40,912 nt of DNA from a virus. Taxonomy: Duplodnaviria > Caudoviricetes. Positions within the stretch are counted from its first letter, which is position 1, and every line of letters starts with the position of its first letter. The position numbers were made by a program, and so were the translations under genes. Below, in pieces: positions 35,209 to 40,912 of this stretch. The notes under the pieces are model-generated. The model saw nothing but the letters and a program-made list of their open reading frames with translations, did not search any database and was not told the origin of the DNA. The stretch spans positions 1 to 40,912 of the IMG/VR virus record IMGVR_UViG_3300011425_000201, one strand, 5' to 3'.

Positions 35209-35557
35209 TACATGCTCCTTGTGAATCGAATAATTCCGCTATCGCTTTTCTGGATCGCCGTGTCTTTTTCGCGTTTGCCATATGCTGGTCGAGATCGATC
35301 CGGAGATGGCACCTCTGACACGCGTGGATGAGATGCTTCATTTTCCTGCAGCCCGAATCATGGCAGAGATGTGCGGTCGTCAGCATTATTTTCCCCCTGG
35401 CGAACTTCGCATCGGCGCCATTTATTTCAACGCATCGCCCCGTCGTCGTATGGAGCCCGCACTGACTGGTACATTCGCAGCGACCTCCGGAGCGTTTGTT
35501 GACCCGGGCGACTATCTTTTTCCAGTCTTTGGGATACCTCTTCGAATCAACTGGCAT
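35183..35557 (-). CDS. HNH-like endonuclease
   Basis: YP.DW..I...V..R.GGRCEC...LTTAHL.HD...ACQRCHL. Confidence 0.75.
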   Translation of the reverse strand: MPVDSKRYPKDWKKIVARVNKRSGGRCECTSQCGLHTTTGRCVEINGADAKFARGKIMLTTAHLCHDSGCRKMKHLIHACQRCHLRIDLDQHMANAKKTRRSRKAIAELFDSQGACNDQAGGES

Positions 35558-35569
35558 CGGGGATGGAGC

Positions 35570-35824
35570 TCACCAGTTTTTTGCAAAATTGTTCCGCACC
35601 CGAAGATAGCCCGGCCGGCCGGGTGAGGTTTTATCGTCTTCTGATCTCATTTCGACAGCGAAGGTAATCACCTGCTTCAGCTCGACGTCCTTTACCGCGC
35701 TCATGAGCCGATTGACCACTTCGGTGTTCGAGATGTTCGCTCCAAAGGCGATCTCACGCACCTTGCGAGAATTCTCCGCCGACAGCTCAACCCTGACATT
35801 ACTTTCGTCTTTCTCGTCTGCCAT
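35570..35824 (-). CDS. RHH-like small DNA-binding protein
   Basis: VRVELS.EN.RKVREIA....ISNTEVVNRL pattern. Confidence 0.55.
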   Translation of the reverse strand: MADEKDESNVRVELSAENSRKVREIAFGANISNTEVVNRLMSAVKDVELKQVITFAVEMRSEDDKTSPGRPGYLRVRNNFAKNW

Positions 35825-35827
35825 TAG

Positions 35828-37771
35828 CTACCATCCATGGACAAAGTTTTTCCGCCGTGGTCCCGTGGCCGGCAGGAAGGGATCACGAGTTCTGATTTCT
35901 GATTGAACCTTGAGCTTATCCGATTCTTCGGCCGGGACGCTCGGACTCGCATCGGCGAGTGATTCAAAATTCGTCTTGACCAGTTCCCAGTTCGGGTTCA
36001 GGTACAGAATTGCAGCCAGGTTCATCACCTTTACGTCGAGTACTTCGTTGCGTTCGCGTACCTTCACCCATTTCCGGTTGAGCCGCCCCTTTGCCAGCCA
36101 CGTCTTCAGCCTCTCAGCGGTCAGCTGAGAGAAATAGTTCTCATCGGCCTTCTGGTTGAAATGCATATAGCCGGCGCCGCGGTCCTCGATCTTAAGCCTG
36201 GACATGATCACCGTCTTGGCGACGTCGGTCCCGATCGGGAAAAGCAGCGCGCGGGCGCGATTGTTAGTGCTCGGCTTGCCGACGATCGGCGCCTTCTCCT
36301 GGCTCGATCCCTTAGAGGCGAAGATCCTTCGACCGGTCCGCGGCTTGGTATATCCGTAAACATAATCGGTGAAATTGCCGGAATCGACGAAGCAGCATTC
36401 GATATTCATCATCACGCCACTTTCGTGCTTCCAACTTCCGAGGAGATAATTTTCCAAAAGGCCCCAGACATCGGCCCGCTCCGGGGATCCCGGGAGAATC
36501 TGGTGATCGATCATCCACGACTGTTCCCCGGGGCCCCAGGCGTCGATTCCGACCTCGATGCGGTCGCCCTGGACGTCGACGCCGGCGGTGAGTATATATG
36601 CGCCTTCCGGGACATCTGTATATTCGTCTCGGCGTTTCAGCAAATCACTTTCATTGATTTTCGTCTCCTGCACATATCGCCAGACTTCTCCAAATACTTC
36701 GTTCACGACTTGCTTCAGGATTTCCGGATTGTTGCTTCGACGAGCCGCGATGAACTTATGCGCGATCGCCAGCATCGACGACCAGGGGGAATAGAGTTCC
36801 CACAGAAAGAACCCTGCATGGCGCCTTCGCTCCGGGTAGGTCGGCCGCCACTCGCCGGCGGTCACCATCTTCATCCGATCGGACTCCTCCAGCTTCGCGT
36901 GACATTGTTCGCATTCATACCAGACGCGATCGGGGAGAACATCGACAGCGGCTGCTTTGTCCCATTTCATATTCGCGAAGTAGAGCCGTTGAGGGAATCC
37001 ACAGCGAATACAAGGGACGTAATTATACCTCTGGTCAGACCGGTCGAAATCCGCCGAGATCGGTGAGGCTCCTTCAATTTCCGGCGTACTTATGTTGATA
37101 ATCTTCCGGTTGAAGAACGTTTTCGTTCGCGTTTTTGCCATCTCGGAAGGATCCCCTGAATAGCCGGCGGAGGATTTATACTTGTCCTTCTCATCGAAGA
37201 TGAGGATCCTTATGGGCCGACTGACGAGATCGGACGCCGTGCCGGCGCTTACCCCGGTGAAATGGCCACCCGGGAAGGTTTTATGCAGGATCTCGTTCGA
37301 TGAATTCTTGGCGCGCGCCTGGCGTACGAGCTCACGCAGGACCGGCGTATCGCGCAGCATGGGGGTGAGACGGTCCTTCGAAAAGGATCTGACCATCTTT
37401 TCGTTCGGCATGACCAGGAGTATCGGCCCCGGGTCCTGTTGCATATAATATCCGATGATCGCCTTCGCGATCTGCGTCTTTCCCACCTGGGAGGATGTTT
37501 TATACGACACCTCTTCGATCTCCGGATCCGAAACGGCATCCATCATTTCCCTCTGATAAGGAGCCCGGGAGCAATGGTACTTTCCGGGCTCGGCGCTATC
37601 TTCCGGGCTTAGATACGCGTACTTTTCGGCCCACTCGCTTATCGTCAGCCTTGGAGGTGGTTCGAACATTCGAAATACCGACTCCATGATGGACGCGTTC
37701 TGATCGTCTATCAGCCGCTGAACTACTTCCAGCTCGTCATGGGAGGTCGGCGAGATCTCGGAGCGCTTCAT
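35828..37771 (-). CDS. terL: Terminase large subunit, lambda GpA family
   Basis: SSQVGKT Walker A, ILIFDE Walker B, ISTP, CxxC Zn motifs, LTAGVDVQ, RNEVLD; start ATG 37771 with GAGGAG RBS. Confidence 0.95.
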   Translation of the reverse strand: MKRSEISPTSHDELEVVQRLIDDQNASIMESVFRMFEPPPRLTISEWAEKYAYLSPEDSAEPGKYHCSRAPYQREMMDAVSDPEIEEVSYKTSSQVGKTQIAKAIIGYYMQQDPGPILLVMPNEKMVRSFSKDRLTPMLRDTPVLRELVRQARAKNSSNEILHKTFPGGHFTGVSAGTASDLVSRPIRILIFDEKDKYKSSAGYSGDPSEMAKTRTKTFFNRKIINISTPEIEGASPISADFDRSDQRYNYVPCIRCGFPQRLYFANMKWDKAAAVDVLPDRVWYECEQCHAKLEESDRMKMVTAGEWRPTYPERRRHAGFFLWELYSPWSSMLAIAHKFIAARRSNNPEILKQVVNEVFGEVWRYVQETKINESDLLKRRDEYTDVPEGAYILTAGVDVQGDRIEVGIDAWGPGEQSWMIDHQILPGSPERADVWGLLENYLLGSWKHESGVMMNIECCFVDSGNFTDYVYGYTKPRTGRRIFASKGSSQEKAPIVGKPSTNNRARALLFPIGTDVAKTVIMSRLKIEDRGAGYMHFNQKADENYFSQLTAERLKTWLAKGRLNRKWVKVRERNEVLDVKVMNLAAILYLNPNWELVKTNFESLADASPSVPAEESDKLKVQSEIRTRDPFLPATGPRRKNFVHGW

Positions 37772-38222
37772 AGATCTGCTCCTCGATAATCCGCTTGATT
37801 TCGGTCGGCGACTGCGATGCATTGATCAGCGGGGTAATGCGATTGCCGAGGGCGAGCAGTTTCATTCGCAGCTCGCTCATCGGTTTCTGCAGCGTTTTCA
37901 AGAATGCATCCACCCGCACCAGGTCGCCCCGTTCTTTGAGAAACTTCAATTCCTCCCGGCCCGCTTTCGCGGTCAACAACCGGTCCTCCGCCTTCCTGGA
38001 AACGCCATGCTCTTCCTTCTCCTTCTCGACCAGCTGCCGATAATAATGCACATACCACTTCAGACACGCGACGAGGTCGTACTCTCCCCTGTTCAGCCGC
38101 GGCAATCCCTTTTCCTTGACGAGCCGGTTGATCCAACGCTTCTCCACATTGAAGCCGATCGAGGCATACTGCTTCGTCAGCTCCTGCAGCGACACCTTCA
38201 ATACGCGAGTTCTCTTTGCCAT
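37737..38222 (-). CDS. terS: Terminase small subunit, Nu1-like
   Basis: wHTH (RWINRLVKE.GLP...GEYDL..C.KWY), coiled coil, ERGDLV motif; overlaps terL. Confidence 0.88.
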   Translation of the reverse strand: MAKRTRVLKVSLQELTKQYASIGFNVEKRWINRLVKEKGLPRLNRGEYDLVACLKWYVHYYRQLVEKEKEEHGVSRKAEDRLLTAKAGREELKFLKERGDLVRVDAFLKTLQKPMSELRMKLLALGNRITPLINASQSPTEIKRIIEEQIYEALRDLADLP

Positions 38223-38305
38223 CGATTGATTTCATGATCCTGCATTGAATTCGAGGATGTTGATCACAAGTAGAATGGAACTGCACATTTTTTTTTATAA
38301 AATCT

Positions 38306-38358
38306 TCGAGAATCCCGCATCGCACGCGTACCCGCAGCGGAGGGTCTGGGAAGGACCC
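38306..38358 (-). other. cos: Lambda-like cos packaging site (cosQ/cosN-like)
   Basis: Minus strand GGGTCCT...GGTACG...GCGGGATT then AT-rich tract, just upstream of terS; same layout as lambda GGGTCCT...GTTACG...GCGGGTTT. Confidence 0.65.
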
Positions 38359-38488
38359 GTCGCCTCAATAAAGCAATCTGATAATTTTGTCGATTCATTT
38401 TTCTGTCAGTGATGACCATGATACATTTCCTTTTCATTGTTTAGTTCCATCGCTATGTAGAGGGACGCCTCACCAGTTTGGTAGATCA

Positions 38489-39082
38489 TTATGCATCAGG
38501 AACAGGAGCAGGAGCGCTTGATCTCTTCTCAGGTGGTTGCTTCACTCTGATGAATCGCCTACCTTCCTCATTAGAGAAGCGCTCATACACTCCGGTGAAC
38601 GAACACAACTTATCTAAGTATCTCTTAGTAGCCTGCTGACTACATCCTGCATATTCCGCTCCTCCATCAACTACATCCTTCTCCGCTATCACTTTGACCT
38701 CTATTATAATGCCTTCAAGCCATTCCCTGAACTTAGGCTCACATATAGTATTCCTCGCCATTTCAGGTGTTAATACCTTTGTACTGTCATTTGCTTCTTC
38801 CCGTATTCTCTCAAGCTCACTCTTCCTCTCACTCCCTATTAATGCGATAATGTGACGCATGCGTACTCCACGCTTGGAGGGACCGCGGGGATGTGATAGG
38901 CGGTGACAGGGTGAGCAGCGGCCTTCCCAGTTCTTCCCATTAGCAGGGTTGTTTTCATAATTACCATCTTTGTGATGAAGCTCGCGGGCAATCTTCTTCC
39001 TGCATACAACGCAGTGAGGACCATCCCGCTTAATGCAGAAGGCTAATGCTGCTGTTGCCTTCTTCCCGCTTATTCTTGCCAT
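38489..39082 (-). CDS. HNH endonuclease with C-terminal helical/wHTH-like extension
   Basis: RDG..CVVC...ELHHKDGN..NN...N....C.PCH; next to cos/terS. Confidence 0.8.
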   Translation of the reverse strand: MARISGKKATAALAFCIKRDGPHCVVCRKKIARELHHKDGNYENNPANGKNWEGRCSPCHRLSHPRGPSKRGVRMRHIIALIGSERKSELERIREEANDSTKVLTPEMARNTICEPKFREWLEGIIIEVKVIAEKDVVDGGAEYAGCSQQATKRYLDKLCSFTGVYERFSNEEGRRFIRVKQPPEKRSSAPAPVPDA

Positions 39083-39126
39083 GCCGACCCCTGTCTATAT
39101 AATAGAGTGCTCCATGTATGCATGAG

Positions 39127-39657
39127 TTATCCTTGCGCTCCCTCTTTGAAAAGGGTGGGTTTCTTCTCCCGGGCGACTCGCTTCGGTGATTCCTCCGGAT
39201 CCGAGAAAATCCGACCCTGCGCACGTTCACCACCGACATATCCTTCAGCGTACTCCATCAGCTTTTCCAATTTCGCGACGCACGAATTACTCAGGCAACT
39301 GATCCGGTTCGTGTCGCCGGTGTCAGGGACGGCAGGCTTGTAAGGGGAATGAATATTGAAGGGTGTCCGACTTTTACTCAGTATCTTGGATGCGGATATA
39401 AGCGCACCCCAAACGTCATCGTCGTGGTTGAACGTCGCGCCTACAATTAAGAGGCCCTTGGAGTAATCCTCGGGCAGCTCACAGATCTCCAGGAGATCCT
39501 CCCGAAGCGATGAGAGCACAGTGTAGAATTCCTGGCGGGCTCGCTCGGCGCAATCTATCGAGAATTTATTGATCTCGATATCGTCGCCCTTTGTGAAGCG
39601 GGTCTGATACTCGATCTTGACCCGGTCGTCCTTGATGTGGATCTTCGTGATTTTCAT
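39127..39657 (-). CDS. Hypothetical phage protein
   Basis: 176 aa; GGAGG RBS; ...EYAEGYVGGERAQ motif seen in phage early proteins. Confidence 0.7.
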   Translation of the reverse strand: MKITKIHIKDDRVKIEYQTRFTKGDDIEINKFSIDCAERARQEFYTVLSSLREDLLEICELPEDYSKGLLIVGATFNHDDDVWGALISASKILSKSRTPFNIHSPYKPAVPDTGDTNRISCLSNSCVAKLEKLMEYAEGYVGGERAQGRIFSDPEESPKRVAREKKPTLFKEGAQG

Positions 39658-39666
39658 TCTATCCTC

Positions 39667-39942
39667 CTACGATGTGGAATGGATTAACCTCGGCGGCTCC
39701 AGCTTCTGGAGTTGGACATCGAACTGGGTGATACGATCGCCAACCCGGGCTTCGGGAAAGGACGGGTGAGTGAATACGAAGCATACGCATCCGCTCGCCG
39801 AGTCCTGGAACGAGTGCATGTACACGGCATCTTCAGGCAGTCCTTTGATGCACCTGGTCGGAGGGGTAACTCTTCCCTCGATCATCATATCAATGAGCAG
39901 CTCCATCGTCACCGGCACGAATGCCAGTCTTCTCAGTTTCAT
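39667..39942 (-). CDS. Hypothetical protein (91 aa)
   Basis: Start reassigned to ATG 39942 with AAGGAG RBS; GLPEDA...HPSFP motif. Confidence 0.65.
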   Translation of the reverse strand: MKLRRLAFVPVTMELLIDMMIEGRVTPPTRCIKGLPEDAVYMHSFQDSASGCVCFVFTHPSFPEARVGDRITQFDVQLQKLEPPRLIHSTS

Positions 39943-39953
39943 TTCAACACTCC

Positions 39954-40880
39954 TTATGCAGCCAATTGTTTTTCTTTTTGCAGCCTTCGAATGTTTTCCT
40001 TGACGGCGGTCAGATCCTCGACGAGATCCGACAGATCCATTACCAGCGCCTTCAGATCGACGACGTCGGAGAGGAATGTCTCGCGGAAGTAGGTAGACTT
40101 CATCGATGCAACGTGATCGGCCCACTCTGATAACTCAGCGACTTTCTTGACCAATCTCTTTACTCGCTTGTCGGGGCGTACGGCCTCTCCCCCCCGGGCG
40201 AGCGTCTTAGCGGTGCGCTTCGACTCAATGAACTCCAGCATTTTCTTATTTGACATTTCCTTTGCTATGAGCTTCTTTGCGATAGCGACCTGGATTTCCG
40301 GCTTGAAGGAGGTGAGAGCTATGCCGATTTGATGCGATATCTTTTTGTCCTCTACCATTTCGGCGACTTCATCCGCGAGTTTCAACAGCCCGAGATGATG
40401 GTATACCCAATTGCTTGATTTACCGCAGACAGCCGCGGATCTGGTTACAGCCTCGGCGTAACTGACATCGCGTTGCTGATAGCCTTCGATCAACCTTTTC
40501 AGCGCCCTGGCCGTCTCCATCGATGTGTGAGGCTCCCGGCAAAAGTTCGCCGCGACAGCCTGGGAGAATTGCTGCGTCTCAGATTCAATCGGCCGGACGA
40601 TTGCCCGGATCTCCTTTTGACCGAGAAGCGTCAGCGCTCGATATCTGCGTTCGCCGTCGATGATTTCATATTTCACCTTGGCGTCGCCGTCGACGGCCTT
40701 CAGTTTTATCGGCTCCAATTGACCGATCTCCTTGATGCTCTCGGCCAGGAGGCGCAGCTGCTCGGCATCGAACCGAGTGCGGGGCTGATTCGGGGCGGGA
40801 CGGATCATCTCCATACGAATGAGTGCGATGATTTCCCCATGCAAGTGATCGGGCAATTTACCCGCCCCTTCCCCCCCCCC
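39954..40880 (-). CDS. ParB/RepB/Spo0J-family protein (ParB copy 2); 5' end probably at ATG 113 across the contig junction
   Basis: PNQPRTRFD..L..LAESIKEIGQLEPI...IIDGERRYRA, ANFCRE, HTH; N-terminus runs into the low-quality G tract. Confidence 0.88.
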   Translation of the reverse strand, partial: GGGEGAGKLPDHLHGEIIALIRMEMIRPAPNQPRTRFDAEQLRLLAESIKEIGQLEPIKLKAVDGDAKVKYEIIDGERRYRALTLLGQKEIRAIVRPIESETQQFSQAVAANFCREPHTSMETARALKRLIEGYQQRDVSYAEAVTRSAAVCGKSSNWVYHHLGLLKLADEVAEMVEDKKISHQIGIALTSFKPEIQVAIAKKLIAKEMSNKKMLEFIESKRTAKTLARGGEAVRPDKRVKRLVKKVAELSEWADHVASMKSTYFRETFLSDVVDLKALVMDLSDLVEDLTAVKENIRRLQKEKQLAA

Positions 40881-40912
40881 ACCAACCACTCTCGATTCGT
40901 ACTACTATAGAC

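Larger units (their letters stand above)
1..40912. mobile_element. Temperate lambda-like siphophage genome, apparently complete and circularly permuted (excised form)
   Basis: Integrase, cI-like repressor, GpA-type terminase, lambda-family portal, capsid, tail tube, tape measure and lysis genes; intact attP at 7739-7781 with phage genes on both sides; degenerate overlap of the two contig ends. Confidence 0.93.

Noticed and set aside
36161-37066. 301-aa plus-strand ORF and similar antisense ORFs over capsid, portal and tail genes
   Set aside because: Overlap well-supported minus-strand genes; expected from codon bias in GC-rich DNA
40881-40912. ORF-track N-terminus MVGGGGEG of ParB2 and terminal sequence as real biology
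   Set aside because: Looks like a corrupted copy of 83-114; sequence beyond the C-tracts at both ends is unreliable

Overview
The window looks like an essentially complete (~40.8 kb) temperate lambda-like siphophage genome in excised, circular form. The two contig ends appear to be error-rich copies of each other across a poly-G/C tract. An intact attP (3' half of tRNA-Arg(ACG) with arm-type repeats) has phage genes on both sides. Modules: (1) early leftward operon with RHH/CII/Xis-like regulators, DUF1064 and two ParB-family genes but no ParA or recognisable replication initiator; (2) rightward cI-SWIM-integrase-membrane gene operon; (3) attP followed by a promoter-driven two-gene HEPN cassette; (4) a long minus-strand late region with HNH, cos-like site, Nu1/GpA terminase, portal, fused protease-capsid, head-tail genes, tail tube, frameshifted chaperones, tape measure, tail-tip cluster and a DUF5675 lysis cassette. 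The head module is interrupted by an RHH-HNH-HerA-type ATPase block and by a self-contained moron (consensus promoter, hairpin-rich leader, 67-aa protein, 511-aa papain/C39-like Cys-His-Asp protein, terminator). That moron is the best candidate for an undescribed system. All family assignments come from motif recognition by eye, not database searches.
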